Shown here: one piece after another, positions 63,966 through 64,000 of the stretch
Position numbering within the stretch: the stretch's first letter is position 1
Layout of the letters: the number at the start of each line of letters is the position of its first letter
NCBI RefSeq assembly: GCF_004010195.1
Contig: NC_057719.1
Coordinates: forward strand, 45,626,658 to 45,690,657
DNA length: 64,000 bases
From: Chiloscyllium plagiosum
Taxonomy: Eukaryota
Reading direction: 5' to 3'
The notes under the pieces: generated by a model
Told to the model about the DNA's origin: nothing
The model's database searches: none
Seen by the model: only the letters and a program-made list of their open reading frames with translations
Made by a program: the position numbers and the translations under genes

Positions 63966-64000
63966 GGTCTTTTTAAAATTTGGAACAGTAGAAGCAGCCT

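Overview
Repeat-rich vertebrate genomic DNA. The repeat families (HE1-type V-SINEs, CR1/HER1-like LINEs, Deu-domain SINEs) point to an elasmobranch (shark or ray); this is inferred. The only host gene I can support is the 3' part of TXNDC16 on the minus strand: four phase-consistent exons at 58827-58965, 56224-56390, 51009-51199 and 45992-46272, encoding a protein that ends in ...QHELHNEL*. The rest is mostly CR1 and L2 LINE fragments, three SINE families, two probable solo LTRs, a decayed PIF/Harbinger transposase, Tigger-like MITEs and Penelope-like (GIY-YIG) fragments. The most striking signal is about a dozen short Penelope-derived units carrying minimal hammerhead-ribozyme cores (CUGAnGA...GAAA). 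They fall into at least three sequence families. Several are ~100-215 bp stand-alone insertions with 11-16 bp target-site duplications, and some are palindromes with two ribozymes back to back. Repeat boundaries are approximate, read by eye.
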